Assembly (NCBI GenBank): GCA_965198115.1
Contig: OZ240241.1
Location: forward strand, 5,984,001-6,048,000
Reading direction: 5' to 3'
Source: Candidatus Latescibacterota bacterium
GTDB taxonomy: Bacteria; Latescibacterota; UBA2968
DNA length: 64,000 bases
Part shown: positions 53,504 to 64,000 of the stretch, in pieces
Layout: every line of letters begins with the position of its first letter
Numbering within the stretch: position 1 is the stretch's first letter
Program-made: the position numbers and the translations under genes
The notes under the pieces: generated by a model
Database searches by the model: none
Told to the model about the DNA's origin: nothing
The model's input: only the letters and a program-made list of their open reading frames with translations

Positions 53504-56500
53504 CTACCGATTCACGACAGCTACGGTTTTTTGGGTCTGCTCGCCGTTGGCATTAATGACAACGATGTAGAGACCGCTTCTGACGATTTCATTGCGATGA
53601 TCACGACCATCCCAGGTCAGGAGATTGCGCCCTGCATTCATTTGACGACCTGGCTCGAGGACGCGTTGTAAACGTCCCCCGCGGTCGTAGATCTCGACAC
53701 GCACGGTGGCGGTCGCACCCAGATCGAAAGAGAGATCCGTGGTGGTGACGAGTGAGGGTATGGCGATCCGAGGACGTCCCGGTCCCGGTGGAGCCAAGCG
53801 GCGACCAGCGGGAGAGAAGGCCCGGTTGGAGAACTCGATATTTGAAATGGAGCCTGTCCCACCGGCTCCTGATCCGCCGATGAAGAGGCCATAGGTGCCG
53901 AAGTCGGAGATGGAAACCCGGACGACCTGCTGTTCGATCGTGCCTCCGACACGCGTCCATTCGCCCCCCACAAGCCGGAAGATGGCAAGTTGGTCGGATG
54001 TCGTAGCCCCGGGTATGACGATACTGAACGTGGCGGGCTTTCGAAGTTCGATGACCGGTTCGGATGTGATTACGTAGGCCAGGGCCGATGTTTCCGTCGC
54101 CTCGGACGGTGCCGAGTCGATGAAAACGGTCTCGATCTGCACGTCGGGATTCTGGGATAACGTATCGGGCAAGACATTGGGCGAGAGTTCGAGCGTGGCT
54201 GCGCCATCGCTGCTCTGCACGAGGCCGCCCTGACCCCGCGCGATCAGAGCGGGTATGACGGACTCGAAGGGGTTCATCGTGTTCCCCTTCAGGTCGATCG
54301 CCCCCTCCACGCGCACGATGACCGTACCACCCGGTGTCTGCTCCGTGATTTCCACTTCACCGATCCAGAGTCCCCCGCTGTAACTGATCTGTTCGAAAGG
54401 AAGGGGATCATCGATGCCCGTGAGTTGGAGTGTGACCGTGGGGCTGACGGTGTTGTCCATCCCGGCCGGTTCATCTGAGAAGTTGAGTACCACACTGGCT
54501 CTGCGACCTGTTGCCAGCACACGCGGTCTTACCTGAACGCTGTCTACGACCGGTTCAACGGTGTCGACGAGGAAAGACTGTTCGACGCTCCAGGCGGACG
54601 CAAGGAAGCCGAGGTCGACGCTGCGGATCGCCCAGAAATAGGTGCCGGTTTCGAGGTTGATCAGCTGTAGGGATGATCCTCGAACATCGCCAAACCCCGT
54701 GGGACCTGCACCGGACCGAATTTCATTGCCGTCCGGTGTAGACCCGACTCGCACCTGATAGCTCAATGCACCGTCGGCCGTCGGGGTGGTTCCCCGATCG
54801 GTCGCCGGCAACCAACCGAGGGTCACGGCAGATCCCACACTGGCAGCAGTCAGGCCATCCGGAGCCTCGGGGTTGCGGTTCGGGTTGAATCGGGCTTCGA
54901 GGTTATCGTTGACGCGGCTGGACGGGACGAAACTGGCCGTCGCCTGCCCCATACTTGCGAGATCCAGGTCGCCGTCCGAATCAATGTCCGCCCAGGACAA
55001 CGACGAGGACGTGACGCCCACGAGAACATCGATCGGCTCCTGGCCGAACAGGCCATTGTCGTTCCTGTATAGCTGAAGTATCTGGCTCCCGTCCACCACA
55101 CCGCTCACGGCCAGGTCGAGGTCCCCGTCGTTGTCGAAATCTGCCCACCCCACTTCACCGGCTGCAAAACCCGTAAGGTTGGCGTCGATGCCTGTCAGCA
55201 AACCGGTCCCAGGATATAGGTCAACGCGCTGCTGCCGGAAGCATCGTCCCTGTTTGTCGTTCCCCGTCCGCCGATTCGCCCGATACGACGAGATCCAGGT
55301 CCCCATCACCGTCTGAATCCCCCCACGCGAGATCGCCCCCGCGTAACCCGGGGAGATCGATGGCAGGATCTTCTGTGACGGACCCCAGCGGTTCGTTCCG
55401 GGCAATGTAGGTGGCCGGTTCGGACGTATTGGTGTGGCCGGTGACGGCGAGGTCAAGGTCTCCATCGTTGTCGACATCGGCCCAGGCAACGGACCCGACG
55501 ACGCGTGTGGCGCTGAAGAATCGGTCCTCGCGCAGAATCCCGGCGGCATTCGTGAACAACTGAAGCGTGGCTTCCCACGTCGCATTCCAGCCGGACAGGA
55601 CGAGATCGAGGTCGCCGTCGTTATCGTAATCCGCCCAGGCCAGATCGCCACCGGATACGGGTGTGAGATCGGCGTTGCCGGTGTCCTGGACGAGGGTTCC
55701 GAGGGGCTCGTTCAGGTAGATCACGGCCTGACGGAATCCGTCTGTTCCATAGCCGGTCGCGGCGAGGTCGAGGTCGCCGTCTCCGTCCAGATCGCCCCAG
55801 GCCAGTCGCCCGCCATACAGGTTGATCAGCCTGTCGGAGTTGGGTTCGTCCAGGACAAGGGTCGAAGGTCCGCCAAGGGGGCTACCGATTCGGCCCGCAT
55901 CGATTCGACCATTGCGGAAGAGAACGGTGCGTGGGTCTCCGCCGGCGGCCGGGAGGCCCAAGGCGATGAGGTCGGGGTCGGCGGTCGTGATGCCCGATGC
56001 GATGAGGTCGAGGTCACCATCGTTGTCGACATCGCCCCAGGCAAGGGCGCTGTAGCGAAGGTTCTCGGCTCGCAGCGCGGGTTGCGCGGCATCTTCGGTG
56101 AAGCTGCCTGCCTGGTTCACGTAGAGGCTGAGCGTACCTACGCCGGACGCCGTCGCACCGGACAGGGCGATGTCGAGATCGCCGTCGCCATCGTAGTCTC
56201 CGAAGGCGGCTTGCCCGAGGTGGATGTTGTCGAAGGTGTCCGTTGTGGCGGAAAGGACCCCGCCCTGGCTGAGATAGAGTTGGGTCAGAGGGCTGCAGGT
56301 GTCGGCCGGTCCAGTGAGCCCGGTGACCAGCAGGTCTGGATCGCCATCGCCGTCGACATCGGCCCAAGATGTGGAGGAGGCCCAGACGCCCGTGAGGGTC
56401 GACGATTGGGTAAAAGTCTGCCCTTCGACCGTGGGGATCGAAGCCGCGATAAGAGTAGCCGCGGCGAGCGCTCGGAAGATGATGGACTTCCCTGCCCGCG

Positions 56501-56522
56501 GACAGGAGATGCGATGACTCAA
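53504..56522 (-). CDS. Secreted FG-GAP repeat protein with FN3, Ig-like, ZU5-like and FlgD/T9SS-type C-terminal domains (frameshift at ~55220-55260)
   Basis: TTG start with AAGGA RBS and signal peptide; about 9 WxDxDxDGDLD repeats across ORFs 55221..56609 and 53504..55651; C-terminal FSP...EIYD..GR...WDGRD...SGLYIV. Confidence 0.8.
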
Positions 56523-56578
56523 GTGGTGTCCTTCTCGTGGCCCGTTGGAGGCTCCAAAACTACCCGTAAAACGCCGGG

Positions 56579-56608
56579 CAATGTAGTGAGCGGCGGACCG
56601 TAAAGTCA
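56579..56608 (-). promoter_or_regulatory. Possible sigma70 promoter for the FG-GAP/barrel operon
   Basis: TTGACT-18 nt-TACATT. Confidence 0.5.
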
Positions 56609-56643
56609 AGCTTTTGAGGCTTTACGAATGTTGGAAGGAACAC

Positions 56644-56682
56644 AAAAGGGCCGTCGGCCCTGATGACCGACGGCCCCCTTTC
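56644..56682 (-). terminator. Intrinsic terminator after the giant surface protein gene
   Basis: aaaagggccgtcgg-ccctgatga-ccgacggccc; T-run on the minus strand. Confidence 0.75.
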
Positions 56683-56702
56683 CTGCAATGCTGCCCGTGA
56701 AC

Positions 56703-59700
56703 CTATTTGAGCAGCAACATCTTGTGGACCTGCGAGTAGGTCTGGGTCTCGCTGGTCGCGTGGACGCGGTAGAGATACACGCCGCTGGCCACACCCCGTC
56801 CGAACCGGTCCTTGCCGTTCCATCGCAGGGCGTAAAACCCGGGGACGTGCCGCTCGTCGGCGAGCGTGATGATTTCCTGTCCGAGGATGTTGTAGACGAT
56901 CAGCGAGAGATCGGCTGCTTCGGGAACCGCATAGCGAATCGTCGTCTCGGGGTTGAACGGGTTGGGGAAGTTGTGCTCGAGCGCAAAGTCCTCGGGTAAC
57001 AACGACAGACGCGCACCGATGTTTTCGGCGGCGCTGACGACGAGGCTTCCATCGATGATGAGACCTTCAACGATGTTCAGAAGATCGCCTTGCGGATGGT
57101 CCTCAGTCAGGATGAACCGGACCCGCGCGAAGGTCCCCTCGGCTGCCGTTACGGCATCGCCCATCGTCACGGCCCCGGCGATAAAGACCTCTTCGGCCTC
57201 GGCGTCGTGGTCGAGCACACCGAAGGCTTCGGCCTCACGTCCGTCGATCAACAACAGGCCGTCGGGCTGATACGCCTCGACAAACTTCAAGGACGCGGGA
57301 TCGTAGTCCAGGGTAATCCCCATCCCCTTCAGGTCCCGGGCGTTCTGGACGGTAATGTCGACCACCCACTCCCCACCCGATTCGCTGCTGACCGGGCGAC
57401 CGACGAGTTCGATCCGCGTGGTCGTGTCGATGCTGTAGGCCGCGATGACCGCCGACTTGGATGCGGCGGCGTCGGGTTGCACGTAGGTCAGGTTGAACCG
57501 GTTTACCATCTGGACGAAGTCGGTGAAGTTGACCAAACCGTCGTTGTTGAAATCACCTCCATCGATGAAGTTCGCATCGCCGCTCGCCGAGTTGAAGGCT
57601 CCGACGAGCGATACGAAGTCGGTGAAGTTGACGGCAAAATCGCCGTTGATGTCACCTATATACGGTGGCTCTTCGAGGTCGACGGCAAAAGATCCCGTCA
57701 GGAATTCGCTGTCGAACGTCCCATCGCTCGCCTTGATCCGGTAGTGATAGGTCGTGCCGTCGTCGAGCGTGCGGTCTACGGTCCACGCCGTGATGGCGCG
57801 GCTGTCGGTCGAGCCGAGACCCGCACCCTCGGCCAGGCCCGATTCGACGGTAATCGCATCCGTGAACTCGGATGTCGTCGAAATCTGGAAAGTGTAGGTG
57901 AGATCGGCGCCGGGGTTGAGGTCGGACGCCGAGCTATTGTTGACGACGAACGTCGGCGAGGCCGGATCGCCCTGTTTGACGAACAGAGACGGCACCGACG
58001 GTCCCCCATCGGCGGCGGGTGTGACGGATCCCGTCGCGTCGGACGGATCGCTCTGTGTCTGCTGCAGGCCCAGTGCCCGGATGCGATAGTCGTAGTTCGT
58101 GCCGTTGACGACGTTGTTGTCGATGTAGGTGGTGATGTTCTCGAGCGTCGCGATGGGCGAGAAGTCCCCGCTTCCTTCGGATCGCTCGATGACATTCCCG
58201 GTGAGGCCGCCCGATGTGCTTTCCGTCCAGGTCAATGCAACAACGTTGTTTCCGGCCGTTGCGGCCAACGCAGTCGGGGGAACCACGGTCGGCGATTCAC
58301 CCTCTGCGAGGGTCGTGAAAGTGAGCAGGCTGCCCGAAGCCGGCCCGTTCCCGGACCGGTCGATGGATTCAACCTGGTAGGAATACTCGGTGCTCGCCGT
58401 GAGATTCGTGAGGGTGACGGAGTGGTCGGTCACGTCTTACGCGTCGCCCGAATTGAAGTCCAAACTGCCGCTCAGCCCGAACTGAACCGAGCTGTCGGAC
58501 AGCTCGTTCGTACTCCAGGTGACGACGGCCTCGTTGTCGGAAGCGACGACCGAAACGCTGCTGATTTCGGGTTGTAGGATGTCGGGTTCGGACTCGGTCG
58601 TGAACTCGAGAATCGAGCTCGTCGCCGGGCCGTTGTTGCTCTGATCGATCGACGCGACCTGGTAGAAGTAGGGCGTTCCCGCGTCGAGGTTGGTGAGGGT
58701 CAGGCTATGGGTGGTGTTGAAGTCTTCTTCAGTGACGATCTCAGTCAGGTTGTCGGACGCCGTGCCGAATGAGATTTCGGCGTCGGCTGCCTCGCTCGTC
58801 ACCCAGCTGATCGTCGCCTGACGATCGTTGAGGTAGATGACCGATGGGTTGGTGGAAATGACCGGTGCTGTGAGATCTTCGGAAGCAGGTGTCGATCCGA
58901 ACACGACCGCACTCTTGGTCGCGCCGTTGCCTGACGCGTCCGTCGATCCAACCTGGTAGGCAAAGGTCGATCCTGCCGCGAGTTTTGTGAGCACCAAACG
59001 GTGCGTGGTCTCGTTCGTTCCCGAAACTTCCTGGCCATCAAGGGTGGATTCGTCTGTCCCAAAATCAACCGTGCTGTTTGCACTCTCGTCCGTTTCCCAC
59101 TCGACTGTGAGACTCGACGAGGTGCTGGCGACGACGGTCGGGCCACCCGTGATAACCGGGAATTGCGTGTCTTCCTCGGTCGAGGTCGTAAAGCTTCCGA
59201 ACCCACCGGGGACCTGCTTCTTCGTCGTTGTCGGGTCGATGCCCAGAACCGTGTTTCCGGCTGCGTCGGTCGAACTGACCTGGAACAGGTAGTCGAGTCC
59301 AGGTGCGAGTCCGGTGACCGTTACAGAATGGCCACGTACAAGCTCGTTGTCCTCGAAAACGATCTTCGAGGCGTCCCCAAAGATGGGTGCGCTCTCGATT
59401 GACGCGTCGGGAGAACCCGGCAGGACACCGACGGCCACGCTGGAGGTCGACAGCTTGTCCGTGCGCCAGTGGAAGATGACGAAGTCGTCGCCGATCTCTG
59501 CGAGCGGACCTTCCAGGATGATCGGCGGGTTCGTGTCCTCGGACAATCGCGTAGTGAAAGTGTGATCGTTGCTGAGACCTAGTACCGCCGCATTCGCGTC
59601 GGTCGTGACGATGTTCCCCGCGGCATCCGCGGATCCGACGGCATAATGGTATTCCGTGCCGGGCACCAGATCGGTGATGGTCTGGGAATGGAATCGTGCT

Positions 59701-62700
59701 CCCTCGGCTGTTTCGAAGAAGTTGTCGTAGTCGATCGTCAGACCGTAAGAGAGCCGTGTGTCGGCCGGCACGTCGGTCAACCACTCGATGGTCGCCGAGG
59801 TTGCCTGGAGATTGACGACGCGGGGTCCACGTGTGATGGTCGGTGGCGTGTCGTCTTCGATGAGAGGTGTCGTGAACGACAGCCCCTCCGTGATGCTTTC
59901 GTTTCCTTCCGTATCGACCGTCGTCACTTCATACGTGTATGTGGTACCTGCAATCAATCCCGCCAGTCTCAGGGCGTGCCGTCTTTCGACGCTCAGGTCT
60001 TCGACGGACTCTTCGTCCTCGCTTCCCTGTTTGGCCGCTGCTTCGGGCCGGAAGGTGATGATGGCGCTGTGAATCTCGTTGGCGCCCCACGTAATCGTCG
60101 CCCCGTTGGGAGTGACACCGATCGCGACGGGTCGCGAGAATACGACGGGAGCCACTGTGTCGGGCGCGCCGAGGGTGGCGAACGAAAGCTCGCCAAGGTT
60201 ATAGGTTGGGCCATTTCCGGCCAGGTCGGTGACGGCGAGTTGGTTGGTCAGTCGGATTTCGTGACGCCGTGCCGGTGCGGTGGTCGTGATCGACTCACCC
60301 TGGATTCCAGTCGTGTCTCCCAACACACTCGTCGTCGAGTCGTATTGGACCGTAACGGTCGCCGGCTCGTTCGTTTGGAGCACGATGAGGGCCTCAGTAT
60401 TGCTCCGGCGAGGCACGACGGGCGGCCTCACGATTCTGGCATCGACCGTGTCTTCATCGGCCGTTGTCCTGAAGGCGAACATCTCGCTCAGTATTTCATT
60501 GCCTGATGCATCGACTGACCGGACCTGATACGCATAGGCCGTGTCGGCCAGCAAGTTGGACAGCGCGAGACGGTGCTCGTTCACAAGATCGTCCACGACG
60601 AGGCTGTCCGTCAGGTCGGCGGAAACCTGTTTGGCAACGCCGCCGACGGCCGATCCTAGCGCATAGAAGATCGCGCTGCTGCTTGGTTTGGTGGTGATCC
60701 ACCGGACGGCGGCCGCATTGAAGCCCGTGGCGATTGCCGGCCGTCCGACGATGCGGGGTCGCTGCGTATCGACGGTGGTACGCAGCTGGAATCGCCGTGG
60801 TTGCGGAGTTTCGAATGTGTTACCGAGTGCGTCCGTCAAACTGAGCGAGAAAAAGTAGGGCTGGCCGGTCGTGAGCCCAGACAGTCGCAATTCGTGGATT
60901 TTGGACTCTTCGGTACTGCTGACTGTCTCTGTCAGGGCGGCCTGGTCCGTACCGAATGACACAACGGCGTTCGAGGTTTCATCCGTCTCAAGGACGATGG
61001 TCACGCCGTCGGTCGTGATACCGACGGCTGCGGGACCCCTCACGATGCGTGGCGGCCGCGTATCGGCCATCCTGCGCGTGACGAGGATGAGCGGTCTGTT
61101 CGGGAACGGTTCGGATTCACGCCCCTGGGAGTCGATGGCAGTCACTTGATAGAAATAGCGGGTTCCGGGTGAGAGACCCGTGAGCTCGACCCGATGACGC
61201 CTACCCGTCGTGGTTTCGGTGGCGGTCAGGTCGAGGTTGTTGGGATCGGTACCGGCCATCACGCTGCCTGTACCGTCTCGGTTCGTCCCCCACTGGATGA
61301 TGGCGGATTCGTTCGTGACGCGGAGTGGAACGACCGGGTCGGATACGACCGGGGCATCGCTGACATTGGAGCCGAGCGTGAGCGTGATGTTCGGCTCGAT
61401 GGTGGTTGGCGTTTCGGCGACGTAGGTCACCTGCGAGAAGGTGATCTGCGTTCCGCGAAATTCGGGTCGTGTGCGGAGACGGAGAAGACCGAGCGGAACG
61501 TTGCCGCTCACCGGCACGGACGACGTCGCCCTGACCGAGATCGAGTTGCCCTCGACGCTGATGAGGGACGGCGCGACACCACCGGGTGGTTCGATGTTCA
61601 GGACGGCGTTGGGTGTACCTTCGACGCCCGACGGAGGAAACGCAAGGCTTTCGACCGTGAGGGAGAGGCCGTTGAAGTTAGGGGCCAGTTCGATGAGCAG
61701 CGTGCCCGCTCGTGAGGGATCGGCTCCCGCGCTCACGGGAGAGAGGCTCCCGATGTCGAACGAAATGAGATCTCCGACGACCATGGGCTCGGAGAGCTTG
61801 ATTGTGAACGAACCGGTTGCGGAGGTGATGTTTTGGAACCGCACTCGGATCACTCATTCGGATCTGCGCCTGTACACCGAGGCCGCCTTCGAAGTTGGAC
61901 CCGAAGATCTCGACAGCGACGGTGGATCCCCCTTCGGCGATGACGGACAGCGACTGTGGAACGAGCGCGTTGTTGCCGGTACCGTTCTGAATATCGACGT
62001 CGCCATTCGCGAACGAGGAAGGGCTGGTGGGGGGTAAACCGCTCCCCGATGACGTCTGTACCCCACCCGTGGGTTCTATGTTGAGCACGGCGTTCGGCGC
62101 GCCTTCGACACCCGAAACCGAGAAAACGAGGGATTCGACGGTGAGAGACAGTCCATTGAAGTCGGGGGCGAGCTCGAGAATCAGAGTACCCGCCCGAGAC
62201 GGATCTGAACCGGCGTTAACACCGGTCAGGCTGCCGATGTCGAACGAGATGAGATCTCCGTCGATCATCGGCTCGGAGAGTTTGATCGTGAAGGAACCCG
62301 TGGCGGAGGTGACGGATTGGACCGCACTGGGGTCACTCATTCGGACTTCGACTTCAACCCCGAGGGCGCCTTCGAAGTTCAATCCGTAGACCTCGACGGC
62401 TACCGTCGATCCGCCGTCGGCGTGACCGAAAGCGCAGACGTATCGGGGCTGCCGTCACCCGATCCGACCTGGATGTCGAACGCTCCGTTGGCGAACGAAG
62501 ACGGCTGCGCGGTCGGCAGACCGCCTCCGTCACCTCCACCGTCGGCCCCGGGCACGGCGGCCACGAAGGGCGGCGCAGGAATAAATTCCGTCCCTTGGGG
62601 CGCGATGTCGTTCAGATCCACCTCAACCCGAACTCCGAAGCTCGTTACGTCAACCAGATTGCCGGCGAACATCTGGATGGGGATCGGGCCTCCCGGGTTC

Positions 62701-63309
62701 GCACGACTCCGATTTCGGTTTTGATTACCCGGATCCCTGTTCAGGTCGGCTGCGAACGTTTTGGGTATGGCACTCTGGTTCGCAGCTCCGAGTTCGATGT
62801 TGGGTTGCAACGTGGTCGTCCCGACAGAGACTTCCGAGGCCGTCAATTGCAGCGTGGTGAAGGTGGCCGACAGCGTAAACGTGAGTCTGCCGATGAACTG
62901 AAGCCCATCGCCGTCGTCGGCAGGGGCGAAAATACTGATCCAGTTGGCCCTGAGTTCGCTCCCATCGATCGATGCCGGCAACGTTTGTGGGAAGAAGGAC
63001 CCCCCCCGCCGTGACGATGCTCGAAGCGACGATGGCGCTGGGATCGCTGAGCTGAAAGACTACCTCGACGCCGTTCTGACCGGCGAAATCGGAGGCGAAG
63101 ACTTCGATGACTATCGTTTCACCTGGTAGGGCGATCACATCGCGTGTGTCCGTCAGGGCCTGATCGCCCGTGTCGACGGCAATGTCGATTCCGACCTGTT
63201 GCGCGTCGGCTGTACCCGGGCCAAGGGCCCAGAGGGAGAGGGCCACCGTGATGACGGCCAGCCCAATCCGGCTGATGTCGCAGAGGCTAAGCGTCCTCAC
63301 TCGACTCAT
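56703..63309 (-). CDS. Giant secreted protein (~2,200 aa): cohesin-like domains, ~12 FN3-like repeats, dockerin/EF-hand pair, cohesin, T9SS/FlgD C-terminal domain (frameshifts at ~63005, ~62420, ~61837; in-frame TAA at 58437-58439)
   Basis: Signal peptide ending ADA|QQ; five ORFs join into one reading; GDINGDFAVNFTDF/GDFNNDGLVNFTDF; LPEDFALEHNFPNPFNPETTI...KMLLLK. Confidence 0.8.
61580..62525 (-). repeat. Internal tandem duplication (~483 bp unit x2) in the giant gene
   Basis: PSSFANG..DIQ...NFEG.LGV...RMSDPSAV...TSATGSFTIKLSEPM..GDLISFDIGSL...DPSRAGTL..ELAP.FNGLSLTVESL...PNAVLNIEP.GG occurs twice. Confidence 0.9.
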
Positions 63310-63475
63310 ACCATTCCTCCAAACGTGGGGGTATAGACCTAAATAGTCTTGGTTTCTGAACAAAAGAAGCCGTCTCGGATTCGATCCGTGATTGCAAAAT
63401 CTACTGACAATATGGTCGGGGGCCAAATGCTTGTCGTGACGGGCCCGTAGACACGTCTCGGAAGCAAGTATACGC

Positions 63476-64000
63476 CTACGGTTCCGCGAGTTCTGTGCGG
63501 TCGGTCACAGGGACCTGAGGATCCAGCTTTTTGCGAAAATGGCTGTCGAGGTCGGGCCCACCCATTGCGCGGAGGTCGTCGAGGATGAATAGATCGACGT
63601 TGGAACGGTCTTGAGGCACCCATCGACTGGCCTGCTCGGCGTCGAACAGGCCGATGACGGGTCTTCCCATGGATACGGCGAGGTGGAAGATGTCGGTGTT
63701 GGCCGCTACGACGCGGTCGCAGGCCCCGATCAGGGCTACCTGCCTGGGCAGATCTTCGTTCTGGAACATCAGGGCTCTTTGCCCGAGCACTTCCTTGATC
63801 TGGTTCGCTTCTTTTCGCTCGTGGTAGTTGAAGAAAATCAGGACCCGTGCGTTTTTGGCCGCCGCCTGCGCGATCGTGAGCCATTGCCTGACCGTCAGGC
63901 CCTCTGTGGGCGGCGCGCTCACATCGATTCCGACGTAGCGATCGTCGGGGCCTCCGCCGACGAGGAATCGATCGCGGATTTTCCGTGCTCCCTCATCCGA
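63476..64000 (-). CDS. Glycosyltransferase family 9 (heptosyltransferase-like), 5' part outside the window
   Basis: ALIGACDRVVAANTDIFHLAVSMGRPVIGLF resembles the GT9 C-terminal motif; the frame is open to the window edge. Confidence 0.65.
   Translation of the reverse strand, partial: SDEGARKIRDRFLVGGGPDDRYVGIDVSAPPTEGLTVRQWLTIAQAAAKNARVLIFFNYHERKEANQIKEVLGQRALMFQNEDLPRQVALIGACDRVVAANTDIFHLAVSMGRPVIGLFDAEQASRWVPQDRSNVDLFILDDLRAMGGPDLDSHFRKKLDPQVPVTDRTELAEP

Noticed and set aside
52516-58439. Stop-codon reassignment or readthrough (in-frame TAG and TAA)
   Set aside because: Two different codons are involved, and TAG and TAA terminate many normal genes in this window. Single substitutions (e.g. 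TGG to TAG, GAA to TAA) explain both.

Overview
This is a GC-rich bacterial chromosome segment containing the replication-origin region. Its order is rsmG-mnmE-yidC-rnpA-rpmH / dnaA-oriC-dnaN-recF-DciA-gyrB-gyrA, with DnaA boxes, DnaA-trio-like repeats, two parS sites and clear sigma70 promoters. To the left is a ~21 kb minus-strand run: tRNA-Asp, mfd, two PPIases, an S4 protein, a methyltransferase, ftsEX-envC, a hydantoinase/oxoprolinase A/B pair, nrnA, argF and nucleotide-sugar genes including glmS. To the right are fumC, icd, a cyclophilin, a CDP-alcohol transferase, tmk and ctpA. A ~17.4 kb minus-strand surface-protein locus follows. It encodes a ~2,200 aa secreted cohesin-like/FN3/dockerin-like protein with a T9SS/FlgD-type C-terminus, two FG-GAP proteins, a PorV-like barrel-transglutaminase-TPR fusion, a small TPR protein and a CHASE2 adenylate cyclase. 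The protein families suggest an FCB-superphylum organism such as Latescibacterota (inference only). About ten small indels and two in-frame stops split otherwise intact genes, including glmS and hom, which is most consistent with uncorrected long-read errors. The best candidate for an undescribed system is the surface-protein / transglutaminase-barrel / cyclase locus. Other leads are a GyrA-like helical insertion in CtpA, nested domain insertion in the giant protein, and a second DnaA-box cluster ~11 kb from oriC. All calls come from reading the sequence by eye; no database searches were run.
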